Positions 39,069 through 50,100 of a DNA stretch of 64,000 bases are shown here, piece after piece (within the stretch, counting starts at the first letter, position 1; each line of letters opens with the position of its first letter). Where the stretch lies: contig JAFPYX010000036.1 in the NCBI GenBank assembly GCA_017417585.1, forward strand, positions 10,948-74,947, read 5' to 3'. Below the pieces are notes generated by a model that was not told where the DNA came from, did not search any database, and worked only from the letters and a program-made list of their open reading frames with translations. This DNA comes from Victivallales bacterium (GTDB lineage: Bacteria > Verrucomicrobiota > Lentisphaeria > Oligosphaerales > Oligosphaeraceae). The translations under genes were made by a program, and so were the position numbers.

Positions 39069-39824
39069 TTATCCCTTAAACTCTTTGGTCAGCTTGGAAG
39101 CCGAGCCTTGATCGAGGAAGGTAGTGCAGTCCGGATGGTTGCGCAGGATGGAAGCCGCGACCATGTTGGTCACCGGCCCCTCCAGGGCCTGCTGGACCGC
39201 CCAGGCCTTGCGCTCGTCCGGAACCGTGTTGATGATCGCCTTGGACTTCATGATCTGCTTGCAGCTCATGGAGATCGCCTGCTTCGGCACGGAGTCCAGG
39301 GTGGGGAACCACCCTTCGCCGAGCTGCTGCTTGCGGCAGCGCTCCTCCAGGGTGATGACCAGGTAGGGCTTCTCGGTCTCCAAATCGGCTGGCGGGTCGT
39401 TGAAGGCGATGTGGCCATTCTCGCCGATGCCGATGAACGCGACATCCGTGGGGTATTTGGCAATCAGCTCACCAAGTTTCGCGGTGGTCTCCTCGGGATC
39501 CGGTGCCGAGCCGTTCACGGGGTAGAAGGCTGCCGGGGGCACCGGCAGCTTGGAGACGAAGCGCTCCCAGAGGTACTTGCGGAAGCCGGCGGGATGGTCC
39601 ACGGGCAGGCCGATGTATTCGTCCAGGTGGAAGATACGGATTCGGCTCCAGTCGATGTCCTTCTCCTGCAGCAATGCGGCCAGCATCTCGAACTGGCTGG
39701 CGCCGGTCGCCAGGATGATGTTCACTTCAGGCTTCTTCAACAAGGCTTCGCGGATCTTCGCGGCACCCAGTTTCGCGGCCGCGGCGCCCAACTCGAATTT
39801 GTCTTTGAAAATCTTGACTTGCAT
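39069..39824 (-). CDS. nagB: Glucosamine-6-phosphate deaminase
   Basis: ORF 39069..39896. ATG at 39824 (MQVKIFKDKFELG...). Motifs: LATGASQ, FHLDEY, GIGENGHIAFNDPPA. Confidence 0.9.
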   Translation of the reverse strand: MQVKIFKDKFELGAAAAKLGAAKIREALLKKPEVNIILATGASQFEMLAALLQEKDIDWSRIRIFHLDEYIGLPVDHPAGFRKYLWERFVSKLPVPPAAFYPVNGSAPDPEETTAKLGELIAKYPTDVAFIGIGENGHIAFNDPPADLETEKPYLVITLEERCRKQQLGEGWFPTLDSVPKQAISMSCKQIMKSKAIINTVPDERKAWAVQQALEGPVTNMVAASILRNHPDCTTFLDQGSASKLTKEFKG

Positions 39825-39869
39825 TGAATACTCCAGTTTGATGCAGCGAAACGTATCGCCGAGGGATGC

Positions 39870-39893
39870 TGCGGCGAAAGCGCCGCAGTAATT
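39870..39893. other. Stable GC hairpin between the GH36-like gene and nagB
   Basis: ctgcggcg-aaag-cgccgcag: 8-bp stem with a tetraloop and no flanking U-tract on either strand. Confidence 0.4.
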
Positions 39894-39938
39894 CACATGA
39901 CCGAATACTATAATTCCAAAAGGTACGACTACCCCATG

Positions 39939-41720
39939 TCAGTGGAGAAACGGCGAAAGATTCGAGAAATCGCGCAATCCGTCAGACTCGTCGTCTCCTG
40001 GTTCATCTTCGTCGAAGTCGCCTTTCTCATCGAAATCCTCATCCTGGTCGTCAAGGTCATCCAGAAAGAACCTTCCGTAGCCGCCGGGAGGGATGATGGG
40101 AAAGTCATCCGCCTCCTCCGGTTCCACCGGCGTGCCGTCATACTGGAAGACCTCCGTTTCGTCCTCGCACCAGATTTCCTGTGAAGAGAGGTTGAGGACG
40201 ATGATGGGCAAGTCACCCTCCCGGACGTCGGCCGCCTCGGCCAACCGCGCGGCATCGGCAAGAATGATGATATGTTCCTCCCCGCCAGTGACCCGTGCCC
40301 AAGTGCAGTTCCCCTCCGAAAAGCCGAATTCCCAGTGGCCAAAGTTCAGCGTGGACTGGTGCTCGGAGTAGAAGTCCATCCAATGTCGGATAATTGTCAT
40401 CGTCTCAGAGGGAAGTTTCTCCAAATCCATGGAAAGCATCGGCACACCGACCATCATTGCGAAGAAATGCCGCGCGATGTTCTCCGGCACCTCGTTCGGT
40501 GCCCAGTAGGCCGGGTCGGCATGGACGGGCACGCCGTCTCCCACACACAGCCGGATCTGCACGCACCGCTCGAAATTGAGGATGTAGTCGAAGGGTGCAT
40601 CAGACGCGCGAAACTGCGTGGCATACGGGAGCATCTGCGGGGTGTCGTAGTTCTGGCGGAACTCGATGAGTGCATTCGGCGACGCGGACTGCCGGATGGC
40701 ACCGCTAATGGCCTGGACCAGCCGCAGCGAGGCACGGCCGTTCGGGTTGTGCGGATCGTTGGGCACCACGTCAACGAAATCCACCTTCAGGCCGTCCAGG
40801 CCGTTCTCCGCAACCAGTTCGCCCAGTCGCCGAGCGATCGCGCGACCGGCCTCCTCGTGACGGGCGTCGAATTTCCGGCAGCTGTTCTCCAGCGGAAGCG
40901 GCGTCAGGGCCTCGGGATGTTCGGCAAACCTCTTGGAACGGGTGCCCCACAGCATCGCGGTGGTCCATAGCAGGTATTTCATTCCCAGGGCCTGGATACG
41001 CTTCACATGGGCAGGCATATCGGGGAACTTCGTCTTGTCCACCTCCCAGTCTCCAATGTCCTGGTACCAGTCCGGTAACGTCTCCGGGGAGACGCGCTTG
41101 TATTCCGGATAGCACCACCCGTCGTCCACGATAAGCGTGTGAAAACCGAGTCCCAACGCGATAGGCGCAGTTCGTTCCGCCCATGCGGCGTCCACCGCGC
41201 CATGCACCGCGTACCAAGTACAAAAGACTGGTTCCCAAGCGTCTTCCGGGAACCCCGGCACTTCCGGCATCACCTCGTCACGGGCCTCTGCGACAGCGTC
41301 CATCCATTGAACGGGACGACGGTCGAGCAGAAGATGAATCGGTCCGGTCTCTTCACAGCAGGCGATTTCGATGGTGACATCGTAGGTACAGGCTGCCTGG
41401 TTTACTTCGGCAAAGACGCGCGTGTCGTCCACCAAGTCATCCATCCCGAAAGTAAGGCGGTTTTCTCCCTCGCGGTTGAAGAAGCTGCACAGCGGGAATC
41501 CGCTCTGGGCACCGCAGAGAAACTCGAAGGTCCAGGAGAGGCGGTTGCAGACACCCTCAGTCTTCGGCAGCCAGTACTGCTGGATATCCACCAGCGGAAC
41601 GGAGAATTTCACAGTGCAAAGCCCGACCCCGCCTGGAAAGGGTAGTTCAAGGCGATCGCGGTCACCTTGGAACTCCAAAGACGGGCATTCGGCTTGATTG
41701 AAGAAAACACGGATTTTCAT
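39939..41720 (-). CDS. Alpha-galactosidase-like glycoside hydrolase (GH36/GH27 clan D) with a polyacidic C-terminal tail
   Basis: LIVDDGW, GMKYLLW and LDGLKVDFVD motifs. The last roughly 45 aa are DDLDDQDEDFDEKGDFDEDEPGDDESD-rich. Confidence 0.68.
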   Translation of the reverse strand: MKIRVFFNQAECPSLEFQGDRDRLELPFPGGVGLCTVKFSVPLVDIQQYWLPKTEGVCNRLSWTFEFLCGAQSGFPLCSFFNREGENRLTFGMDDLVDDTRVFAEVNQAACTYDVTIEIACCEETGPIHLLLDRRPVQWMDAVAEARDEVMPEVPGFPEDAWEPVFCTWYAVHGAVDAAWAERTAPIALGLGFHTLIVDDGWCYPEYKRVSPETLPDWYQDIGDWEVDKTKFPDMPAHVKRIQALGMKYLLWTTAMLWGTRSKRFAEHPEALTPLPLENSCRKFDARHEEAGRAIARRLGELVAENGLDGLKVDFVDVVPNDPHNPNGRASLRLVQAISGAIRQSASPNALIEFRQNYDTPQMLPYATQFRASDAPFDYILNFERCVQIRLCVGDGVPVHADPAYWAPNEVPENIARHFFAMMVGVPMLSMDLEKLPSETMTIIRHWMDFYSEHQSTLNFGHWEFGFSEGNCTWARVTGGEEHIIILADAARLAEAADVREGDLPIIVLNLSSQEIWCEDETEVFQYDGTPVEPEEADDFPIIPPGGYGRFFLDDLDDQDEDFDEKGDFDEDEPGDDESDGLRDFSNLSPFLH

Positions 41721-42071
41721 GCGCAGTTTCGTGGTTAAAACAGATTCTTTTGAAGCATGTCTCAGCCCACAATATAATCACCAAAACGCCTCCCACCGCC
41801 ACTGCCTTCCTGTCAATGTATCATTCACGAAACATACCGGACAGTAGCGTCACGACGCAAAAGTGTTTGGTTTGTTCCCCTGGGTAGCCTCTATTTCCAG
41901 CTGTCCAATGGCGGCCAGGCAGAAATGCAGTATGTTAAAGAAACACTCGCCTCCGATGCAGAGACGCAGGGTGTTCTGAGAATCTCAATGCACCTCCCCC
42001 TTCTTGACAACAGCGAAGGACGCACATGCGCGTACCCATCCCGTTAAACTTTTAACTTCAACCTTTTACCT

Positions 42072-43628
42072 ATGTCTCTCTCTATCATCCCACAACCCCG
42101 CAAGATTGCCGAGAACGGCGAATTCTTCCAGCTCAAGCCCACCACCCGCATCATCGCGGAAGGAACGGCGCTGCCCGCCGCCGAACTGCTGGCCGAGTAT
42201 CTCCGCACTTCGACCGGCTACGAACTGCCCATCGCCTCCGGCACCCTCCAGCCCGGCGATCTCTGCCTAGAGGTGACTGGCTCCGACTCTGCCGATGAGT
42301 ACGGCTTCTACGACGAGACCTACCGCCTCGAAATCACCGCCCAGGGCGTGAAACTCTCCGGTGCCTCCTGTGCCGCGCTCATCCGCGGCATCCAGACGCT
42401 CCGACAGCTCCTCCCCGCCGAAATCTACGCTTCATCAAAGCAGGAAGCAGAATGGACCGCACCCGGCTGCGTGGTCGAGGACTCCCCCAGCGTCCGCTGG
42501 CGCGGCGTGATGATTGACGTCTCGCGACATTTCTTCCCCGTCGCGCAGGTCTGCCGGATGATTGAACTGGCCGCACAGCTCAAGCTCAGCGTGGTGCATC
42601 TGCACCTCACCGACGACCAGGGCTGGCGCCTCGAAATCAAGAAATACCCCAAGCTCACCGAGGTCGGAAGCATCCGCAAGCGCACCATCGTCGGACACTA
42701 CTGGGACAAGCCGTGGAAGTATGACGAAACGCCCTACGGCGGCTTCTTCACCCAGGAGGACATCAAGGCCATCGTGGCTTTCGCCGCCAAGCGCCGCATC
42801 ATGGTCGTGCCTGAAATCGACATGCCCGGCCACATGGTCGCGGCCATCGCGGCCTATCCGGAATTGGGCAACTACCCGCAGCACCAACTGGAAGTGCGCG
42901 ACTGCTGGGGCATCAGCTACAACATCCTCAGCCCCAAGCCGGAGACCATCGCCTTCATGAAGGACGTCCTCGCCGAGGTCGTCGAGCTCTTCCCCGCGAA
43001 GTTCATCGACATCGGCGGCGACGAGGCGCTCAAATACGAATGGGAAATCTGCAAGGAAGTCCAGGAGGTCATGCACGCCCAGGGCATCAAGAAGGAGTCG
43101 GAACTCCAGCACTACTTCACCAACGAGATGGGCAACTTCCTCGCCTCCAAAGGACGTCGCACCATCGGCTGGGACGATATCCTGAACCCCGAAATGCCCG
43201 CCGACGCCGCCGTGATGAACTGGCATGGCGCGGACATCATCAAGGAGGCCGCCCGCATCAACCGCAAAGTCGTCCTTACCCCACACGAATTCACCTATTT
43301 CGACTACTACCAGGCCGATCCCAAGCACGAGCCGCTCGGCATCGGCGGCGATCTCCCGCTGGAGAAAGTCTATCGCTTCGAGCCGCTGGACAGCCATTAT
43401 TCGGACGCGGAGAAGGCGACCATCCTGGGCGCCCAGGCGCAACTTTGGGCGGAGTACATCCCCACTCCAGAGCATCAGGAATACATGGCATTCCCGCGCC
43501 TCTGCGCCCTCGCCGAGAAGACCTGGCTCTGCGGCGCCACGCCCGGCTACGCCAATTTCCACAAACGCCTGGCAAATTACTACGACATCTTCGCCCAGCA
43601 GCATGTCAACGCCAGACCACTGGAGTAA
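42072..43628 (+). CDS. Beta-N-acetylhexosaminidase, GH20
   Basis: IIPQPRKI N-domain start, RGVMIDVSRHF, HLHLTDDQGWRLEIKKYP, EIDMPGH, GGDE. Confidence 0.9.
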   Translation: MSLSIIPQPRKIAENGEFFQLKPTTRIIAEGTALPAAELLAEYLRTSTGYELPIASGTLQPGDLCLEVTGSDSADEYGFYDETYRLEITAQGVKLSGASCAALIRGIQTLRQLLPAEIYASSKQEAEWTAPGCVVEDSPSVRWRGVMIDVSRHFFPVAQVCRMIELAAQLKLSVVHLHLTDDQGWRLEIKKYPKLTEVGSIRKRTIVGHYWDKPWKYDETPYGGFFTQEDIKAIVAFAAKRRIMVVPEIDMPGHMVAAIAAYPELGNYPQHQLEVRDCWGISYNILSPKPETIAFMKDVLAEVVELFPAKFIDIGGDEALKYEWEICKEVQEVMHAQGIKKESELQHYFTNEMGNFLASKGRRTIGWDDILNPEMPADAAVMNWHGADIIKEAARINRKVVLTPHEFTYFDYYQADPKHEPLGIGGDLPLEKVYRFEPLDSHYSDAEKATILGAQAQLWAEYIPTPEHQEYMAFPRLCALAEKTWLCGATPGYANFHKRLANYYDIFAQQHVNARPLE

Positions 43629-43635
43629 ATTGTCA

Positions 43636-43698
43636 CCGGCTAGTCCCGCTAGTTCGGCTAGAGCGGCTAGTTCGGCTAGAGCGGCTTGTTCGGCCCAA
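43636..43698. repeat. Degenerate 9/18-nt tandem repeat directly after the GH20 stop codon
   Basis: ccggctagt cccgctagt tcggctaga gcggctagt tcggctaga gcggcttgt tcggcccaa. Confidence 0.7.
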
Positions 43699-43839
43699 TG
43701 GCAGAAGTCATCTGCCGGGCACATCGTGGAAATGGAACATTAAAAAAGATTAAAAACACTTGAAAAAATGTATCAAGATATTATTTTAAGCATAAATTAA
43801 TATTTCAAAACACTTTTTCTCTACATAAAAATACATAAA

Positions 43840-45045
43840 ATGGCCAATTTTGAGATTTCCGATTTAATCACCAGTTTTCAGCATCGCATTCGGGCAGTTC
43901 CGTTGACCTTCACACGTTCGCTGGCAACCGAAATCGACTGGGAAGACCGGCTCATCGGCATTCGCGGAGCGCGGGGTTGCGGAAAGACCACGTTGTTGCT
44001 CCAGCGAATCCGTCGGACATTCCCTGACACGAGGAAATGCCTGTATGTCTCGCTGGACAACCTGTGGTTTACCAATCACTCCCTGGAGGAATTGGCCGAA
44101 TACCATGTCGCGCATGGGGGAACACATCTTTTCCTTGACGAAATTCACCATCTCCCGGACTGGCAGACGGTGTTGAAAAACCTATATGATGACTTTCCTG
44201 AATTGCACATCGTCTATACTGGATCGTCGATGTTGAAGATTGACGCGGCACGTGGCGATTTGTCTCGCCGCCAGCTCCTCTATACCCTGCCCGGCCTATC
44301 CCTGCGGGAATATATCGAACTAGAGAACGGCATTGGATTGCCGGCTTTTTCCCTGGAGGAAGTGCTTTCCGACCATGTGAGACTTGCCGAACAAATTGCT
44401 TCCCGTTTACCAGTTTCCGGGTATTTTGACAAATATCTCAGGCAAGGCTATTACCCTTTCTTCCGCGAAGTGCGTCGTGGATACTACCAGCGACTCCAGC
44501 AGACAGTCAACCAGGTCCTTGAAAGCGACTATCCTGCTCTGGATGCCATCTCCGTTCCTACGATGCGAAAAACCAAGAAAATGCTGCAAGTCTTGGCGGA
44601 AAACGTCCCCCAGACACCGAATTTGAACGTACTCTGCGCAGAACTGGAAACCGACCGGAACCAGGCATTGAAGATGCTTGACGCGCTTGCGCGAGCAGAT
44701 TTGCTGGGGATTTTGACCAATCCGCTCAAAAATCTGAAACATCTGGGCTGGCCGGAAAAAATCCTCATGCACAATACCAACTTGATGTTCGCCCTGGGCA
44801 CTACCGTTCAGGAAGGAACCCTGCGCGAGACTTTCTTCTGGAATCAACTTCAGGTCGCACACCAGCTGAATGCTCCGCCCAAAGGAGATTTCCTCGTGAA
44901 CCGCAAATACCTCTTCGAGATTGGAGGGCGACGCAAGTCCTTCCAGCAAATTCAAGACCTGCCTAACAGCCATGTGGCCGCCGACAACCTCGAGGTCGGC
45001 CACGGAAACCGCATCCCCCTCTGGATCTTCGGATTCTTATATTGA
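43840..45045 (+). CDS. AAA+ ATPase with C-terminal DUF4143-like domain
   Basis: Walker A GARGCGKTTLL, Walker B LFLDEIH. 401 aa. Visibly lower GC than its neighbours, with an AT-rich upstream region. Confidence 0.8.
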   Translation: MANFEISDLITSFQHRIRAVPLTFTRSLATEIDWEDRLIGIRGARGCGKTTLLLQRIRRTFPDTRKCLYVSLDNLWFTNHSLEELAEYHVAHGGTHLFLDEIHHLPDWQTVLKNLYDDFPELHIVYTGSSMLKIDAARGDLSRRQLLYTLPGLSLREYIELENGIGLPAFSLEEVLSDHVRLAEQIASRLPVSGYFDKYLRQGYYPFFREVRRGYYQRLQQTVNQVLESDYPALDAISVPTMRKTKKMLQVLAENVPQTPNLNVLCAELETDRNQALKMLDALARADLLGILTNPLKNLKHLGWPEKILMHNTNLMFALGTTVQEGTLRETFFWNQLQVAHQLNAPPKGDFLVNRKYLFEIGGRRKSFQQIQDLPNSHVAADNLEVGHGNRIPLWIFGFLY

Positions 45046-45050
45046 CGAAC

Positions 45051-47135
45051 ATGCTGAAATTCAACCAAGACCATTTTCAAATCGATGGCGTCCGGCGCAT
45101 GATGTTCTCTGGGGAATTCCACTATTTTCGGGTTCCCAAGGCGGACTGGCGCAAGCGCCTGCGGCTCTGGAAGGCCGCAGGCGGCACGACCATCGCCACC
45201 TACGTGCCATGGCTGATTCACGAACCGCAAGAGGGATGCTTCGATTTCGACCTGCTCAGGGAGTTCCTGAAGGTCGTTGCCGAAGAAAAAATTGGGCTGA
45301 TTGTCCGCCCTGGCCCCTATCAATATTCGGAACTGGTGAATGACGGCCTGCCGGATTGGCTACTGAAATCCTATCCGCAGATTCTCGCACGTGACAAGCA
45401 GGGCAGGCCCTTCCGTAGCAGTTCGGTTTCCTATCAGCACCCGTTGTTCATGGAAAAGGTCAAGAACTACTTCGCGCAAGTTTGTCCAATTCTGTCCGAT
45501 TTTGTTCAATCCAAAGGCGGTCCGATTGTCTGCACGCAGGCGGACAACGAACTCTTCGGCATCCACGTGTGGTTCGGTGGGGTGGACTACAACCCGGAGA
45601 CCTTTGGCTTCGGGCGCGAGGATGGCCGCTACGCAAAGTACCTGCGGAAGCGCTTCAAGTCGGTCGCTACGCTCAATCAGCGCTACGGCACCGCGCACCG
45701 CCGTTTCGGCGAGTTCACCCTGGCTGACGAGCCAGCCGGAGGCGTTCCGGCCTTCCTGTGGAACCGCGACTACTTTGATTTCTACACCACGCAGGGCATC
45801 GAGTACCTGGAGACGCTCTTCGCGATGATGCGCAAATACGGCCTTGACGGACCGACCTGCCACAACAGTGCCACGCCATCGATGAATGCCTGGTTCCAGG
45901 GTGCCAACGAACACCTCGGCAAGGACTTCCTGCTCGGCAGCGACCACTACTACTGCCTCGACCAGAAGTGGCCTCAGAACAACCCCACACCGCAGTACTT
46001 CGTGCGGATGTTCACCTCCTGCGAGGAACTGCGGCTATTGGGCAACCCTCCCACCGTGCTGGAGTTCCCCTTCGGCAGTTATTCGGATTTTCTCAGTCCC
46101 ACTGCACAGGACATGACCGCCGCGCTATATTTGCACCTGGCCGTTGGCATGAAAGGCATCAACGGCTATGTCCTGACCGGCGGTCCCAATGTCCCCGGCA
46201 CTGGCGCTAACACCGACCTCTACGACTACAACGCACCCATCTCCGCCACTGGGGAAAAACGCCAAACCTACTTCGCGCTAAAGCACTTCGGAGAATTTCT
46301 CTCCACTCATCCAGATTTTGTGGACGCCCGCCCGTCCGTGGACTTCCAAATCCTCATGCCCTGGAGAGCCGCACGTGGAAACGCCCCTGCCCTACCGTCT
46401 CTCCAGCTGCCTGGTGCGCTCCAGCCGTGGGAACTCTGGGAGAACACCCTCCAGATGGGACTCCTCACCACCGCCTTCGCGGACGGAATGCTCCCGCACT
46501 TCGTGAAGGACCTCGCATCGGCCACCAAAGCCAAGCCGCTGGTCGTCCCCTGCGACGGCACGATGGCTAAGGCCGAACAGAAAGCCCTGCTTGAATACGT
46601 CAAATCCGGCGGCAAGGTCCTCTGCTTCCCGTTGCTCCCGCAATTCAACGAGGACTACCAGCCCTGCACCCTCCTTGCCGATGCCTTGGGTTTCACGACC
46701 GAGGGGATGATCAACCAGGAGCGCGAACGCCCGCGCATCAATGTGGGACCAATGGTCAATGTCTGTTGCAACCACGGCTGGGCACGGGCGAGCGCCCTCC
46801 CCGCGAATGCGGAGATCTTGGGCTATGAAGAGCATTCCGATGCCGCCGTCTGCGTCCAAAGAACGCTTGGCAAGGGCATGTTCATCTGGTTGGGAATGAG
46901 CTGGATCTACACCAACCGTGAACAGCACCAGATGCTTGCCTGGCTGCTGGAGCAGCTTGGGATGAAACGCCATTTGACCAAAGACGACAATGTAGTCTTC
47001 TGCACCATCTGCGGAAAATACCTCTTCGCCTGCAACCTAACCACCAGCCCGCGAAAGGTGAATCTCACCCTGCACGACGGTCGACAGCTCGCACTTCGGC
47101 TTCCGCCAATGAAAGTTGCAGTAGAAATGATTTAA
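45051..47135 (+). CDS. Beta-galactosidase, GH35
   Basis: FQIDGVRRMMFSGEFHYFRVPKADWRKRLRLWKAAGGTTIATYVPWLIHEP, GPYQYSEL, QADNE. ATG at 45051; the ORF-track start at 45042 is TTG and overlaps the ATPase stop. Confidence 0.85.
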   Translation: MLKFNQDHFQIDGVRRMMFSGEFHYFRVPKADWRKRLRLWKAAGGTTIATYVPWLIHEPQEGCFDFDLLREFLKVVAEEKIGLIVRPGPYQYSELVNDGLPDWLLKSYPQILARDKQGRPFRSSSVSYQHPLFMEKVKNYFAQVCPILSDFVQSKGGPIVCTQADNELFGIHVWFGGVDYNPETFGFGREDGRYAKYLRKRFKSVATLNQRYGTAHRRFGEFTLADEPAGGVPAFLWNRDYFDFYTTQGIEYLETLFAMMRKYGLDGPTCHNSATPSMNAWFQGANEHLGKDFLLGSDHYYCLDQKWPQNNPTPQYFVRMFTSCEELRLLGNPPTVLEFPFGSYSDFLSPTAQDMTAALYLHLAVGMKGINGYVLTGGPNVPGTGANTDLYDYNAPISATGEKRQTYFALKHFGEFLSTHPDFVDARPSVDFQILMPWRAARGNAPALPSLQLPGALQPWELWENTLQMGLLTTAFADGMLPHFVKDLASATKAKPLVVPCDGTMAKAEQKALLEYVKSGGKVLCFPLLPQFNEDYQPCTLLADALGFTTEGMINQERERPRINVGPMVNVCCNHGWARASALPANAEILGYEEHSDAAVCVQRTLGKGMFIWLGMSWIYTNREQHQMLAWLLEQLGMKRHLTKDDNVVFCTICGKYLFACNLTTSPRKVNLTLHDGRQLALRLPPMKVAVEMI

Positions 47136-47171
47136 TTTTTTTTGATAACTAATAACTTAACAATGATTGTA

Positions 47172-50100
47172 ATGAAAAAGTCTCTCGTTTTTGCACTTGC
47201 CTTGTTCTCTTGTGTTCTCTTTGCCGAAAACCTCCTTACGGGTGACTCCGGCTACGAGGCCGGGCTGGGCTATTTCAACCGCGCGTGGTACGACCGTGGC
47301 GTCATGCTGACCCATTCGAACGAGGGAACAGTGCCGCAGGGCCGCCAATATGCGACTTTCGAGCTGCCCGCACAGGCAAACTACTGCTACAGCGGAAACT
47401 TAATACGACTCACCGCAAAGACTGACTACGTCTTTTCATGCTGGATCAAGACAACGGGCAAGCTTACCGCAAAGCTCGGCGTGGTGAACTCACACTGGAA
47501 AGACACCCAATTCCACGACTTCACCATCAACTCCGAATGGACTCGCATCGAGGTGCCTTTCCAACCCATGCTTGACGATGAATACTGGCTGCTCATCGAT
47601 CTCTACAGCCAGGATGACGCGCCGCAGCAAGTCTCCTTCGACGCCGTCCAGCTGGAAAACGGCACCGCCGCCACCGCCTTCACCACCGACGCGCTGGTCA
47701 CCTCCATCGCCATCCCCTCCGAACACAACCAGGTCTTTTTCCCGGAGGAAATCCCCACGCTGCGACTCACGGCGTACGATGGCGGCGGAGACACCGCCGC
47801 GCCTATGGCCTTCACCTTGCGCGTCAATGACTTCCAGGGCAACGCCATCGTCGTCTCCGAACATGCGATCGCCTGGCAGGACCAGATCTTCCAGCAGGAT
47901 ATCCAACTGCCCGTCAAGGACCTCGGACTCTACACCGTCCACCTGACTTGGCAGGACTCCTCCGGGCAGCCGGTCGGCGAGGAACTGCTGGACAGCTACG
48001 CCGTGGTTCCGCACCCGCGCGCCACCGATCCTGAAGTGCGCCCCTACTTCGGCGTGAACAGCTCCATGCCGCGCGGCGTGGACCGCCTCGGCGTACGCTG
48101 GACCGAGGTCTGTGCCTGGTGGTGCACGCTCCAGCCTGACCGAAACCGCTACGATTTCGACTTCACCCTCCAGACCATCCGCGAACGCAAGGCCCGCGGC
48201 TTCCAAGTGAGGTTCACGCTGGTGCATCTGCCATGCACCCCCTACTGGGCCTGGCGGCCCGACGAGGTCGAAGAGGCAAAGTCCTGGGGCTTCGAACCCA
48301 ATTACCGCTTCCGCCCCTCTGAAGAGTCCATCCCCTTGTTGGAGCAGATGTTCGCGGACTTCCTCGCCGAGGCCGCACCCTACATCGACCTCATTGAAAT
48401 CGGTGGAGAGGACGAGCTGATTGGCGGTGCCGAGGCCTATTACCGCAAGAAGTACCCGGAGTTCATCCAGAACGGCTCTGTCAACGGCCCGGTCTGCGAG
48501 TCCATCGCCCAGATGGTGAACGCATGCATCCGCGCCGCCAAGCGCGTCTGCCCCGAAAAGCCCATCACCGTCGGACGCCCCTCGGGCGGCGACTGCTATT
48601 CCAACAACTTCGGCTTCTCACGCAATGTCCTCAAGAACATCACCGAGCCCTACGACTACTTCGGGATGGACTGCTACACCTACCAAATGCGCTACCTCAA
48701 CGCCGAAAACATGCCCAACATCGGTTCGCCCAACCGCGACTACCAGGGTGTCTTCGAGCGTGCCCGCGCCGTCACCGCCGATCTTGGCAAAGGACAGCCG
48801 CCCTGCGTTGCCGAATACGGCTTTGCCATTGACAACCGACTCGCGCCCGACGACCCGCTCCAGCAGGAAGAGACCGCACGGATGCTCGCCGCCGCCCTCA
48901 CCGCGAAGCTCCTCGGGTCGCCCATCTTCTTCTGGTTCAACACCGAAGGATGCATCGAGTCCAACTTCTTCGACTACGGCATGTGGCACCGCACTACCCC
49001 GATGCTCCTGATTCCCGCCATGGCGCAGGTCACCCAGGTCGTCGAGGGAGTCCGACAGACCGACGCGCGACTCGGCAACCCGGAGGGCAACCTCAAGCTC
49101 GGACTCTTCGGCCAAAAGGACCGCGCAGTCCTCGCGCTCTGGACCGACCATGCTCCGAACCCCGTGAAGCTGCAGCTGCCGGCGGACGCATACGGATTGG
49201 ACTTCCTCGGGAATTCCGCCGAACTGCCCGCCGACGGACTCCTCACCGCCACCATCCTTCCTATCTATATTGTATTGGACGGCGAAGATGCCTTCCCCAA
49301 ATTGCACGAAACGCTCGACTCCGCCCAAGACCAGGCATTCATGCTCTCTGCGGCGCTTAACCTCGACGCGCAAAACCGCGCCACGCTCGTCATCGACGGC
49401 CCCGCCACAAGCCACACCGCCGAACTCACATGTGAACTCCGGCTCGACGATGCGCCCGCCATCACCGCAGTAAAGTCCGCCAACCAGCCATTGCCCTGGA
49501 CGATTCCCGTCACTCTGCCAAAAGAACCTGCTCACCAACTAGATTTGACAATTATGAGCAATTCTGGACAAAAGCAGACAAGTTTGTTCCCATTGAGTTT
49601 CACCCAACTTGCCAACGGACGCAATCTCATTGATGATTTCGGCGACGCCAGGCAGGACATCGTGCCGCCCGATCCGTGGATCCAATGGAACGGAAAGGAC
49701 GACCTTGGCGGACAGGTATTCCTCACTTTCGACCAGAATACCGTCACCATTGATGCAATCATCACCGACGACCAGCATTTCCACAACAAAGACCGCAGTC
49801 AGCTCTGGGAAGGCGACTGCTTCCAGATTGCCTTCGCTCCGCAGGTGTCCATCGCACCGAATGCGCTCAATCTCGGCTATGCTCCAGGCGACTCGGAGTT
49901 CGTTTTCGCCTTGAACTCCGCAGACGGTCCTCAGTGGATGTCCTACGCCAAGGACTACCCCGCCGAACCGGAGTTTACCATTGTTCGCGATGAGGCAAAA
50001 CACACCACCACCTACCGCATCACCCTCCAGCGCAAATTGCTCGGTCTCGACAAGCCGGGGCAGTTCTTCCGCTTCTGCTGTGTGGCCTTTGACGACGACG

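Noticed and set aside
43629-45050. Mobile element or prophage fragment around the AAA+ ATPase
   Set aside because: There is no integrase, transposase or recombinase gene, no terminal inverted repeats and no duplicated target site that I could find. Only the compositional anomaly is reported, as a finding.
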